Position numbers and translations under genes: made by a program. From Candidatus Micrarchaeota archaeon (GTDB taxonomy: Archaea > Micrarchaeota > Micrarchaeia > Micrarchaeales > CABMGC01), in the NCBI GenBank assembly GCA_021804095.1, contig JAJZKQ010000001.1:17993-81992 (forward strand): DNA of 64,000 bases, written 5' to 3'. Of the stretch, positions 17,199 to 26,683 are shown one piece after another. The first letter of the stretch is position 1. The number at the start of each line of letters is the position of its first letter. Below the pieces are notes generated by a model that was not told where the DNA came from, made no database searches, and saw only the letters and a program-made list of their open reading frames with translations.

Positions 17199-17876
17199 TT
17201 ATTTTTTTGAATTGGGGCCGTTGCTGTTTATTAGGCGCTTTACCGCCTCAAATGCTGTTGCTGTATCCATCTCCGATATTATAAAGATCTCTTCGGTAAG
17301 AGTTGAGACTACTTCATAGATATTGATGTTTTCCCAGCCGAGCGCTTTTGTTAGAAGATAAAGAAGACCTACCGACTCCGCTGTTTTTTCTGGAATCCGC
17401 ACTATTACAGATGAAAGGCCTGTGCTCTTCTTCTTTATCTCTTTTTTTTCGAATAAGGCCAGTATTTCATTCATATATTTTACATTTGAAAGTACAGTTA
17501 TCTCATAAAGCCCCTGTGTTACAGTTAAAAAATCTCCTGCGCCGAAATTTATCAAGTCGTATAGTTTTGGGATTATCTTTAAGGTATTTGCAGATTTCAC
17601 AGCGGTTATCTCGAATATTCCTGAAGTTATGGTAATGTCTGCATGACTTAGGTCTGGCTGGGGCTGCCCCACAAAGCTCTCTTTAAGCTCCTCTGAGAAT
17701 CTTCGTATTGCCATTATTATGGCATAACGATTGACTTCTCTGCGCATGGCATGTTCTACTTCAGGCTTTATCATATCTGCAAGATATGCATAATTTATTA
17801 TGTCATTTACTAGGGCTTCTTCTAGGAAGGGGCGTTTTTGTATTATTCCAGACACTACATGTGCAACAGTTACCAT
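17199..17876 (-). CDS. Conserved-looking cytoplasmic protein with ACT-like C-terminal repeats (function unknown)
   Basis: 225 aa, a clean ORF with no competing frame. The beta-alpha-beta-like repeats (ITITSGIFEITAV..., SSVIVRIPEKTAESVGLLYLLTKALGWENINIYEVVS) suggest ACT domains. The family is not firmly recognised. Confidence 0.4.
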   Translation of the reverse strand: MVTVAHVVSGIIQKRPFLEEALVNDIINYAYLADMIKPEVEHAMRREVNRYAIIMAIRRFSEELKESFVGQPQPDLSHADITITSGIFEITAVKSANTLKIIPKLYDLINFGAGDFLTVTQGLYEITVLSNVKYMNEILALFEKKEIKKKSTGLSSVIVRIPEKTAESVGLLYLLTKALGWENINIYEVVSTLTEEIFIISEMDTATAFEAVKRLINSNGPNSKK

Positions 17877-18032
17877 GATAAAACCATAACTTCTGAAAGG
17901 TTTATATAATATCCAAGAATATAATAATATTCTGTTATTCCTATAACACTAATTATATATAGTTGTTATGAGAAGACATATATGCAGATTAGAGGATGGG
18001 GAAGCATACTCTATTACATTTAGGTAAAAGTA

Positions 18033-19103
18033 ATGGAAACTCTGGCTATAAGGAAAAGGCCGTCAGGTATACGCCAGGAGAATAGTTTTAGAGGATATCA
18101 GGCTTCCGCGATTTTTGGCCCGGTAGGCTATATCGGACATGCTTCTGCGGATAGAGTAAAGGGATTCTTGCCTTTTAGGATTAATTCTGAGGAGAAGGTC
18201 TCGGAAATTTATTCGATAGTAGAATATAGTTGTGATTCTATTGATAGGCAATCCTTTTCTTCTGGAGATGGCTTATTTTTGGGTAAGAGTAGATTTAGCC
18301 TGAGATTTGTTTTAGACAATGAGTATAAATGGAATCTCAATGAACGCCTTAACCAGATCGGGGCAGACGTAGAGGCATTGTTAAGGTTAGATGAACGTAG
18401 TTCAGTTGCATATGTGGGATATAATAGAAGGGAGAGAGAAGGATATGACTGCAGAACTCAGATACGGTTGCGGAATATGTTAGAACAGATATATGGTGGA
18501 GATTTCAGAATTGGGAAGTTTTACGATAAGGAGAGGCTTGTAGATGTCAGCAATAACTATGGGATGCCAGTTGTTTTTAGAGGCTCTGAATCGGAGTCTA
18601 GATTGGGCAGGGAAGGGCTTAATGAACTTGCTCAGTTGATTTGCAGGACATATGATTATGATCTAGGATCAGTTCATGACATATTGATAAACAAGGAAAA
18701 TATAATTTCAGTTATACCATACACATACCCGAGACGTGGGAAGATAGCTGCAGCAGGAGTTGTTGAATGTGTGAGAGTAAATCTCGAAGGAAGGGAGATA
18801 GGATTTGCGGAGTTGACAGATACAATTGTAAGACGGAAGGACAGAGAAGAGGGAATGGCATTATCCTTGGGCTTTGCGCTTAGCTCTGAAGTGGTAAGAT
18901 ATCTTAGTTCTATGCAGAGGAAGCCTGATGTTATATTCTCCGAATCCAGTTTGGAAGACCCCTCAATATTGATATCCTCATATATGCAGAGACGAATCCC
19001 TTCAGGATATCTCCATAGCCATACTAAGATTGAAGAAACTTTTACAGACTTGGTGGTAATGCAGATATCTGAAGATTCGTTTAGGTCTATTGCAAGAAAA
19101 TAA
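18033..19103 (+). CDS. Hypothetical protein (no recognisable family)
   Basis: 356 aa ORF with AT-rich promoter-like DNA upstream (TTTATATAAT at about 17903). No motif recognised. Confidence 0.65.
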   Translation: METLAIRKRPSGIRQENSFRGYQASAIFGPVGYIGHASADRVKGFLPFRINSEEKVSEIYSIVEYSCDSIDRQSFSSGDGLFLGKSRFSLRFVLDNEYKWNLNERLNQIGADVEALLRLDERSSVAYVGYNRREREGYDCRTQIRLRNMLEQIYGGDFRIGKFYDKERLVDVSNNYGMPVVFRGSESESRLGREGLNELAQLICRTYDYDLGSVHDILINKENIISVIPYTYPRRGKIAAAGVVECVRVNLEGREIGFAELTDTIVRRKDREEGMALSLGFALSSEVVRYLSSMQRKPDVIFSESSLEDPSILISSYMQRRIPSGYLHSHTKIEETFTDLVVMQISEDSFRSIARK

Positions 19104-19179
19104 ATTATCCTGCAAATGCCGAATATCTTGTAGTACTTTTATTCGGCTCTAATTCAAAGCGATAAATCCCAGAAGGTTT

Positions 19180-20430
19180 TCAGAAATCTATCTTTATTCT
19201 TTCCCCTATTTCAGGGGCGTAGGCTTCGAAACCTTCCATTTCCAACCGGTCCTTTAATGCTAATGTGCTGGTTTTATCTCCGTGAACACATACTACAGTT
19301 TCAGGGGAAGATCTTTTTACATAGTCGTATAGGTCTGCTTGGCCTGCGTGGGCGGAAAGATCATAAAAGGAGAATGGGGTCTTTATGAATACCTTTCTGT
19401 TGTCTATATCGAGGGGATTGTTGTCCAGAAGTTTTCTTCCGTTTGTACCTTCTGCCTGATATCCTGTAAGGAATATCATCGATTTGTCATTAAGTTTTGT
19501 AAGATAGTTCAAGACAGGACCTCCAGTAAGCATACCGGATGTTGTTACAATTATGCTGCCTCCGGATAGGGCCTCCTCCCTTTCCGCATCTTTTTTAAGA
19601 GTAGTTACCTTTGACATAGCTCCACTGAGAAGTTCAGGGTTATGTATGTATCCCTGATGCTCGAGGGCAATCCTCGTGGCGGCTTTGGCCATCCCATCAA
19701 GATAAGTATAGTTTGTAAGTTTGTGCTTTTCTAGAATTGCGAGGACCTCTTGACTGCGTCCTACGGCAAAGACAGGTATTAGTGCTATGCCATTATTTTC
19801 TACAACTTCCTTAATGTTTTCTACAAACAGTTTTATCAGGTTATTACGATCCGGGTGTTCTTTTATTGCATATGTTGATTCTATGACTAATACATCGCTT
19901 TCGACTACTTCTGCTCCATTTTGCAGAAACTGGGGTGAGAGCTTAAAATCCCCTGTATATACAATTTTTTTCCCGTTTCTGTTATTCTCTATCTTGGTTA
20001 TTGAGCTTCCGGAGATATGGCCTGCGTTGTGGAGTGAGATAGTGTAGTCGTGGAAATCTATCTTGCTACCATAGTTATAAGTTACGAAGGAATTTAGAAA
20101 GGACCTTAATTCGGTCTTTTTGTATTTAGATGGGTTATGTTTCATTTTTTGTACTCTGATTGCGTCCTCTATCAATAACTCCGCGAGGGCTCTGGTAGGA
20201 TCTGTACCGAAGGCCGGAGGCATTCCATTATGATACAATGCTGGAGAGAATCCGCTGTGGTCCAGATGTGCGTGGCTTAGTACAAAAGCGTCAACCCTGC
20301 CAGCAGGTAGAGGATATTCCACCTTTTCTTCTACTTTTATTCCGTAGTCGAGTAATATATTCTTGTTTCCTTCAAGGAGTATTCCTGATCTGCCTACTTC
20401 CTGGCCTCCTCCTAAAATCTTTATGTTCAA
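19180..20430 (-). CDS. Beta-CASP metallo-beta-lactamase RNase (aCPSF2 type, no KH domains)
   Basis: 416 aa. MNIKILGGGQEVGRSGILLE, HAHLDHSG motif 2, and a beta-CASP region ending in VHGD. Confidence 0.85.
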   Translation of the reverse strand: MNIKILGGGQEVGRSGILLEGNKNILLDYGIKVEEKVEYPLPAGRVDAFVLSHAHLDHSGFSPALYHNGMPPAFGTDPTRALAELLIEDAIRVQKMKHNPSKYKKTELRSFLNSFVTYNYGSKIDFHDYTISLHNAGHISGSSITKIENNRNGKKIVYTGDFKLSPQFLQNGAEVVESDVLVIESTYAIKEHPDRNNLIKLFVENIKEVVENNGIALIPVFAVGRSQEVLAILEKHKLTNYTYLDGMAKAATRIALEHQGYIHNPELLSGAMSKVTTLKKDAEREEALSGGSIIVTTSGMLTGGPVLNYLTKLNDKSMIFLTGYQAEGTNGRKLLDNNPLDIDNRKVFIKTPFSFYDLSAHAGQADLYDYVKRSSPETVVCVHGDKTSTLALKDRLEMEGFEAYAPEIGERIKIDF

Positions 20431-20535
20431 AAAATCACTATTATTGAGATATTGTTTAGAAAAGTTTATAATGATAGATAAATAGATGTATTAAGAAACC
20501 TTTTATTGTTTCCCATCCTAGGGAGTATTGATTAT

Positions 20536-21342
20536 ATGATGGACGATATAACATTTGTGGATCTTGTTGTACTTCTTAAGGTAACACCAAATACACCGAT
20601 GGAAAAATTGGGAGCCGTGCTAAACGCAACGATATTTGATGCTTCCAATATAGCCGGTACTTTAAAACAGAAGGACCTTATTAACTTCACTGCGAATTAT
20701 CCTGGTCCTAATTTTATAACTATAACAGATACAGGAAAGGCATTAATTGCTGAGGCTGAAAGCAAGAGCGATTCGCCTTTAGATCAGCTTGATCATTCCC
20801 TCTTATCCCAGATGGCTGGCGGAAGAAGGCTCCTCTCAGACTTGCAGAGCACACTTGGAATAAGGGCAAAAGACCTGGCAATGAGGCTTTATAAGTTGAA
20901 TAAACAGAATTTGATAATTTATGAATTAAGGAATGGTAGTATTGAACTGTTACTTACAGAACAGGGTTTTCTGCAGGCTAAAAGTTCAGGAAACCAGAAT
21001 ATGAATAATCAGGCTCCGCAGAGCGCATATCAGTCGTCTCAGGCGCAGCAAAAACCTGTTCAGATCAATGTGCATTCCCCTCAACAAGCTCCTGAAGTTC
21101 AGCCGCAGAGATCTGAACCTAAGAAAACGCCTCTGATTGAAAGACCTATGCAGATTAATTCGCATACGGAGGAAGCGGGAAATAATGAAGTGGAAGTTCA
21201 GAATGTTGGTCAGGCTGGGAGAGATCCGGAAACAGGGAAGGCGGCGGATATGAAAGAAGGATCAAAGACACTTCCGTATTTGCTAATGTTGATAATCATC
21301 CTTGTAGCCGCATTCATCTTATATTACGTGAATTTTCATTAA
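20536..21342 (+). CDS. Tail-anchored membrane protein with wHTH-like N-terminal region and Gln-rich linker
   Basis: ATG at 20536; the track uses TTG at 20506. C-terminal TM LPYLLMLIIILVAAFILYYV. The low-complexity stretch QNMNNQAPQSAYQSSQAQQKPVQ is present. No family recognised. Confidence 0.55.
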   Translation: MMDDITFVDLVVLLKVTPNTPMEKLGAVLNATIFDASNIAGTLKQKDLINFTANYPGPNFITITDTGKALIAEAESKSDSPLDQLDHSLLSQMAGGRRLLSDLQSTLGIRAKDLAMRLYKLNKQNLIIYELRNGSIELLLTEQGFLQAKSSGNQNMNNQAPQSAYQSSQAQQKPVQINVHSPQQAPEVQPQRSEPKKTPLIERPMQINSHTEEAGNNEVEVQNVGQAGRDPETGKAADMKEGSKTLPYLLMLIIILVAAFILYYVNFH

Positions 21343-21367
21343 GGCAATAGAGTAATAGGCGGTATTA

Positions 21368-21985
21368 ATGTTATGGGATTATTTCAAGGCAAAAGAGATT
21401 TTAGACAAATATGGAATACGGAGCATTGACAGCAGATATATAGAAAGTGCCGAGGATGCTGTAAGGTTTTCTAAAAACAGACCTATAGTATTGAAACTTA
21501 TATCTGAAAAAGAGCTCCACAAATCAAAGGCAGGGCTTGTCAAGCTGGAACTCTCTGATGAAAAGGCCATAAAGGCAGCTTATGAAGAACTCGTCTCTAA
21601 GGGAAAGAGCCTGAAGCCGTATAGGATAATAGCCCAGGCAATGGCGAGTGGAGGAGGAGTCGAGGCCATAATAGGCGGCAGGGAAGACCCTCAATTCGGA
21701 AAGCTTATCCTGATAGGGCTTGGAGGAATATACGTTGAAGCATTCAAAGACTTTGCACTTAGGGTATGCCCGATAAGCGAGTATGATGCTGGAGAGATGC
21801 TCGAACAGCTCGTTTCCAGAAGTGTGATAACTTACAAGGGGAAATCAAGGAAGATGCTGGTAAAGCTTCTTATGGATGTTTCCAAGCTTTTGGTGGAGAA
21901 TCCACAGATAAAGGAGCTAGACCTGAATCCAGTCATATTGAGGGAAAAGAGCTACGATATAGTAGACATCAGGGTGTTGGAATGA
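21368..21985 (+). CDS. acdB: ADP-forming acetyl-CoA synthetase, beta (ATP-grasp) subunit
   Basis: 205 aa. An ATP-grasp-like sequence ending in ELDLNPVIL. Overlaps the alpha subunit gene by 4 nt. Confidence 0.8.
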   Translation: MLWDYFKAKEILDKYGIRSIDSRYIESAEDAVRFSKNRPIVLKLISEKELHKSKAGLVKLELSDEKAIKAAYEELVSKGKSLKPYRIIAQAMASGGGVEAIIGGREDPQFGKLILIGLGGIYVEAFKDFALRVCPISEYDAGEMLEQLVSRSVITYKGKSRKMLVKLLMDVSKLLVENPQIKELDLNPVILREKSYDIVDIRVLE

Positions 21986-23364
21986 AAGAATTGAAGTATA
22001 TTTTGAAACCGAAAAGCGTAGTCATAGTTGGAGCATCTAGGATACCCGGGAAGGTAGGCCATATAATATTACAAAATTACATAAATGACGGATATTCGGG
22101 AAAGATATATCTGGTAAATAGGAACGAAGAAGAGATTTTGGGGATGAGGTCCTACAGCAGAGTTACAGATATCAAGGCAGACGGCATAGATCTTGCGGTG
22201 ATTGCTGTGCCTGCGGAAGCTGTGCCTGGTGTTCTTGAAGACTGCGGTAAGGCTGAAGTAAAAAGTGCAGTGGTTGTAAGTGGAGGATTTGCGGAGATAG
22301 GGAAACAGGAATTGCAAGATGAGATAGTTAGAATAGCAAAAAAGTACAAAATAGCGATGATTGGGCCTAACTGCCTGGGAGTTATGGATCCTAGGTCAAG
22401 AGTCAACACGCTCTTTCTTCCTTCGTACAAGCTTGCAAAACCGGAGATAGGTGGAATAAGCTTCGTCGCACAGAGCGGTGCTGTTGGAAGTACTGTCCTG
22501 GATCTGATGGCAGGGGAGGGATTTGGAATCTCGAAATTTATCTCTTATGGAAATGCGGCGGACATAGACGAAGTGGATATACTCGAATACCTTATGGAAG
22601 ATGAGGAGACAAAAGTAATAGCAATGTATATAGAAGGGATAAAGAGAGGCAAGGACTTCATTGAGCTTGGAAAAAGAATAACCAAAAAGAAACCAGTTAT
22701 AATATTGAAGGCTGGTAGAACCGAGGCTGGAGCTACAGCCGCACATTCGCATACTGCTGCGCTTGCAGGAAGCTATGAAGCACATGAAGCCGTTTTCAGG
22801 CAGTTTGGATTTACCATTGCAAATGATATAAGCGAGCTCCTATATTACTCTAAGATTTTTGCTTCTGAAGCCGCACCGGCAGGAAGCAGAATAGGAATAA
22901 TAACCAATGGAGGAGGAGCAGGAGTTCTTACTACTGATGCGATAGCTTCTTCCAGGCATATGTTGCTCGGGGAACTGAGTGAGAAGTCCAAATCGGAGCT
23001 CAAGAAGGTAATGCCCCCTCTTGTGAATATAGCAAACCCTTTGGATCTGGCCGGAGACGCGGATGACAGAAGATATAGAGATGCACTTACATCCATGGCT
23101 TCTGATCAGGGAATAGATATGATAATAGTAATAATTCTGTTTCAGACCCCAGGTGCAGATTCGAGGCTTGCCGCTGAAGTGGTAGCCATGAAGGAAAAAA
23201 CATCTAAACCGATGGTTGTTTTAAGCATCGGCTCTGAGTACACAGAGATGCATAAGATGATGATGGAGCGATCAGGACTTCCTGTTTATGACTCGCCTAG
23301 AGCAGTAGCGCTTTCTCTTGAGGCACTTTATTCTTACTACAAATATAAGGCCAGATTTGGGTAG
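21982..23364 (+). CDS. acdA: ADP-forming acetyl-CoA synthetase, alpha subunit (CoA-binding/ligase-CoA domains)
   Basis: 460 aa. CoA-binding VVIVGASRIPGKVG and the phosphohistidine loop AAHSHTAALAGS. Confidence 0.85.
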   Translation: MKELKYILKPKSVVIVGASRIPGKVGHIILQNYINDGYSGKIYLVNRNEEEILGMRSYSRVTDIKADGIDLAVIAVPAEAVPGVLEDCGKAEVKSAVVVSGGFAEIGKQELQDEIVRIAKKYKIAMIGPNCLGVMDPRSRVNTLFLPSYKLAKPEIGGISFVAQSGAVGSTVLDLMAGEGFGISKFISYGNAADIDEVDILEYLMEDEETKVIAMYIEGIKRGKDFIELGKRITKKKPVIILKAGRTEAGATAAHSHTAALAGSYEAHEAVFRQFGFTIANDISELLYYSKIFASEAAPAGSRIGIITNGGGAGVLTTDAIASSRHMLLGELSEKSKSELKKVMPPLVNIANPLDLAGDADDRRYRDALTSMASDQGIDMIIVIILFQTPGADSRLAAEVVAMKEKTSKPMVVLSIGSEYTEMHKMMMERSGLPVYDSPRAVALSLEALYSYYKYKARFG

Positions 23365-23431
23365 TGAATCGGTCTTTTAATAGGAGTTATCCGCACGGAT
23401 TAAAAAGTCGTAGTGCAAACACATTTATATC

Positions 23432-24136
23432 ATGTTAAATATCATTAACGGAGTAACCCAGAGAGAGTTACAGGTTTTAGATATGGAAATTTTAATTAGA
23501 AGGCCTGAAGTAGAAAAATTTAGGTTAGGAGTAGACATAGACAACGTTACTGCGAATTCTTCGCAATTATTAGTAGATATACTAAGAAGGAGAGGATTCT
23601 GGGATATTGAAAGGGACCATATAACAAGGAGGCCTTTCCACGAGTCGCCGAGATTTATGGAGCTTGGAATAAGCAGAGAGGTAGTATCAAAGGTATTGGA
23701 TGGTTTATGGGAATATGAATTCGGCCGTATTGAGTTGATGGATAAAAGAATAGGAAGAATAATCGATGGTCTGCGTGCGAAAAATATAAGCATAGATATA
23801 ATAACTACAATGGGTGCAAGAAACCCTTTAATGCGACCGAATCTTGAAGTATGGCTCCAAGGAAAAGGGATAATTTATGATACAGTAAGCTTTGTCAGTG
23901 GCAATTCCGAGAAAGCAGAAGCGGGGCTACACACTATAGTAGATGATGAAGAAGGACTTGCCAAACTTCTGTCAGCAAAGGGAAAGCCTGGAATAATATA
24001 TGATGCTCCATGGAATAGAAAATTTGTTGAAGATCTCAGGCTTGAAGGTCGTCGAAACCCTTTGATTTACACCGTAAGGAACTGGGAAGAGCTTGGGACG
24101 GTAGTGGAAGAATTGAATAAGGCTTTTAGAAGCTAA
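23432..24136 (+). CDS. HAD-like hydrolase, possibly 5'(3')-deoxyribonucleotidase (NT5C-like)
   Basis: 234 aa. The Asp motif LGVDIDNV fits HAD motif I. Neighbouring genes act in nucleotide metabolism. An alternative start lies at 23483. Confidence 0.45.
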   Translation: MLNIINGVTQRELQVLDMEILIRRPEVEKFRLGVDIDNVTANSSQLLVDILRRRGFWDIERDHITRRPFHESPRFMELGISREVVSKVLDGLWEYEFGRIELMDKRIGRIIDGLRAKNISIDIITTMGARNPLMRPNLEVWLQGKGIIYDTVSFVSGNSEKAEAGLHTIVDDEEGLAKLLSAKGKPGIIYDAPWNRKFVEDLRLEGRRNPLIYTVRNWEELGTVVEELNKAFRS

Positions 24137-24151
24137 TTGTGATATACATAC

Positions 24152-25072
24152 ATGGTGCAGTTGGAGATCCTCTGTTGTGGAGAACTGACAATTGATGAGA
24201 TATCTGAAGCCGGTTCGATATCAGGAGAGGGTTCATTAAAGCTTAGTTCTACAGGGCGGTTTTTTGGAGGCAGGGGGGGAAATGCCTCAGTATATGCCAG
24301 CATGTTCGGAGTCAGTGTAGGGATTATGGGTGCTGTGGGAGAAGAAATCGGGGGACAGGAGTATGTAAAACACCTGATTTCTGAAATGGTTGATGTTGAG
24401 AACCTTTATTATAATAAGAAAGCCCATACAAACAAATGCTTTATTTTTAATGGGCAGGAAGGCTCCAAGATTTTCTTTTATGGCGGAGCACTCCTGGAAG
24501 AGAGAGAGCCTTATCTAGAGCATCTTAGTAGCAGGATAGCCAAAATAGAACATAGGATGCTTTATTCCACCTCTCCTGATCCTGAAGTGAATTATATCTT
24601 ATTGAAGAATTCGGAAGCCGGGATAAAGTGCTTCGGTCCTTCAAGCAATATTTATTCATATTTAAAAAAGGAAGCGGAGGCATGCCTGGGAAATTCGGAT
24701 ATTTTATTCTTGAATGAAGATGAAGGCGAGTTTCTTGAAAGACTGCTCCAGAAAAAGATGCAGGAGATCATAAAAGAGTTTAATCTGAAGTTCATTGTGA
24801 AGACTTTGGGAAACCGGGGTGGCGAGATAATTGCCGAAGATTCGGTATTGAAAATACCACCGTATGAAGCTTCAGGTGTTATCGACACTAGTGGTGCGGG
24901 AGATGCGTTTGCAGGAGCATTTATGGCCAATTATTATAAGACAGAAGATCTTCCTTATTCGGGTAATATAGCTTCAGCTACAGCTTCTTTCGTTGTAGAA
25001 CAGGCTGGTTGCCAGAGCAGAATGCCAACTAGGGAGGAGATATTTGAAAGGATGAAAAAGAGGATTATTTGA
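24152..25072 (+). CDS. PfkB-family carbohydrate/nucleoside kinase
   Basis: 306 aa with the C-terminal signature DTSGAGDAFAGAF. Confidence 0.8.
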   Translation: MVQLEILCCGELTIDEISEAGSISGEGSLKLSSTGRFFGGRGGNASVYASMFGVSVGIMGAVGEEIGGQEYVKHLISEMVDVENLYYNKKAHTNKCFIFNGQEGSKIFFYGGALLEEREPYLEHLSSRIAKIEHRMLYSTSPDPEVNYILLKNSEAGIKCFGPSSNIYSYLKKEAEACLGNSDILFLNEDEGEFLERLLQKKMQEIIKEFNLKFIVKTLGNRGGEIIAEDSVLKIPPYEASGVIDTSGAGDAFAGAFMANYYKTEDLPYSGNIASATASFVVEQAGCQSRMPTREEIFERMKKRII

Positions 25073-25893
25073 TGGATAGGATTGGATTGAGTTATGAAGA
25101 AAGGATAGGAAATTCTTCAAATTCTGCCTCTGCAAGATTATTTTCTATCATGTCAGAGAAAGAGACAAATTTGGCATTTAGTTGTGATGTCGCAGACTAT
25201 ACAGAGCTACTCGGTCTTGCTGAACTTTTGGGGCCCGAGATTGCAGTCCTAAAGACGCATGCAGACATAGTTGAAGGATTTACATCCGAGGTTGGGCTTA
25301 GGCTAATGGCTATCGCGAGAAAGCACGGCTTCCTTATTTTCGAAGATAGAAAGTTTGCCGATATAGGCAATACATCAGTAATGCAGTATGCTCAAGGCAG
25401 CCTTAGAATATCGAGCTGGTCTAATTTTGTCAGTATGAATGTTCTTTCAGGTCCTGGGCAGCTTGAAGGAATTGGCAGCGTGATGCGCAGGGCTGATGAC
25501 GGAAATCCCAGGGGAATATTGATACTTGCACAGATGTCCTCTGAAAAAAACCTTGCCAGTGGAGAGTATACAAGGAAGGCGGTGGAATTCGGGCATGCTA
25601 ATCAGGATGTAGTTTCAGGATACATAGGGAATGGCAGCAACCCTTTGGAGCTGAATATGCTTTCAAAGATGTCTTTACCTGGAGATGTGATAATGGCTCC
25701 GGGAGTTAAGATGGGTGGCAGAGCAGATGCAATGGGACAGAATTACAGTAGCCCCGATGGAGCAATATTGGCTGGAGCTGACTGCATTATAGTGGGGCGG
25801 GGCATTTATGAAGCGGAGAAGCCCGAACTTGCTGCTGTTTCTTATAGAAAAGCGGCATGGAAGGCTTATCTTAAAAGAATTGGTAGTGGATGA
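25069..25893 (+). CDS. pyrF: Orotidine 5'-phosphate decarboxylase
   Basis: 274 aa. Catalytic motif FEDRKFADIGNT and C-terminal IIVGRGI. Confidence 0.9.
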   Translation: MMDRIGLSYEERIGNSSNSASARLFSIMSEKETNLAFSCDVADYTELLGLAELLGPEIAVLKTHADIVEGFTSEVGLRLMAIARKHGFLIFEDRKFADIGNTSVMQYAQGSLRISSWSNFVSMNVLSGPGQLEGIGSVMRRADDGNPRGILILAQMSSEKNLASGEYTRKAVEFGHANQDVVSGYIGNGSNPLELNMLSKMSLPGDVIMAPGVKMGGRADAMGQNYSSPDGAILAGADCIIVGRGIYEAEKPELAAVSYRKAAWKAYLKRIGSG

Positions 25894-25894
25894 A

Positions 25895-26683
25895 ATGGTC
25901 AATTTTCCAGATATAGATGTAGAGGACGATTTGAAGAAAGAGATAATTAAGGAGATGTATAATACAGGACAGATACTTACATGGTATAGGGATAGACCTG
26001 AAGGATGGAAGCTTGCTGGCGGACTCTGGAGCCCGTTATACATAAATCAGAGGTCGATGCCTTCAAATCCTAGAACTTTCAAGAAAGCTGTCGAAGCTCT
26101 CGGCTCAATTCTCATTAGCCTGGGATATAAACCTTACGGGAATGATAAAGTAGTAGGGCTTGCCATGGCAGGGGTGCCTTTTGCAAGTGCGCTTTCTGTA
26201 ATGTTCGGCTTCCCTGCTCTTTATACTAGAAAGCTTCCTGAAGGCGTTAAGACTGAAGAAGACGTTCAGGCATATATCAAAAGTCATGGCCAGCATGCGC
26301 TTGTGGAAGGTGAACTTAATGATGGGGACAGGCTTGTTATGATAGATGATCTGGTCACAGGATTCGATAGCAAGCTGCTCGCTATTGGCCAGATTAATGG
26401 GGAACTTCTGAGAAGGAGTGTTTCAGGCACTTCGATGAAAGACATAGTAGTTCTGATTGATAGAGAACAGGGTGGAGCGGATAAGGCAAAAAAGCTGGGA
26501 TACCGTCTGCATTCAGTGATACGCTTTAAATCTGAAGGATTAGAGCTCCTCAAGGATTCCATATCAGATATTGAGTATTCCATTATCACAAGGTATCTTT
26601 CAAATGACAGCAGATTCCAAGACAGGGTGATTCAGGAGGAATTGAAGGAAGCCGCTATGGAGAAGAAAAGAGAAGGCCCATGA
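25895..26683 (+). CDS. pyrE: Orotate phosphoribosyltransferase
   Basis: I moved the start to ATG 25895, one nt after the pyrF stop. The track start at 25808 would overlap pyrF by 86 nt. PRPP-binding loop LVMIDDLVTGFDS. Confidence 0.85.
   Translation: MVNFPDIDVEDDLKKEIIKEMYNTGQILTWYRDRPEGWKLAGGLWSPLYINQRSMPSNPRTFKKAVEALGSILISLGYKPYGNDKVVGLAMAGVPFASALSVMFGFPALYTRKLPEGVKTEEDVQAYIKSHGQHALVEGELNDGDRLVMIDDLVTGFDSKLLAIGQINGELLRRSVSGTSMKDIVVLIDREQGGADKAKKLGYRLHSVIRFKSEGLELLKDSISDIEYSIITRYLSNDSRFQDRVIQEELKEAAMEKKREGP

Noticed and set aside
25808-25894. Upstream start for pyrE given in the ORF track
   Set aside because: It would overlap pyrF by 86 nt and add a non-homologous basic and hydrophobic leader. 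ATG 25895 follows the pyrF stop by 1 nt and begins the conserved OPRTase sequence.
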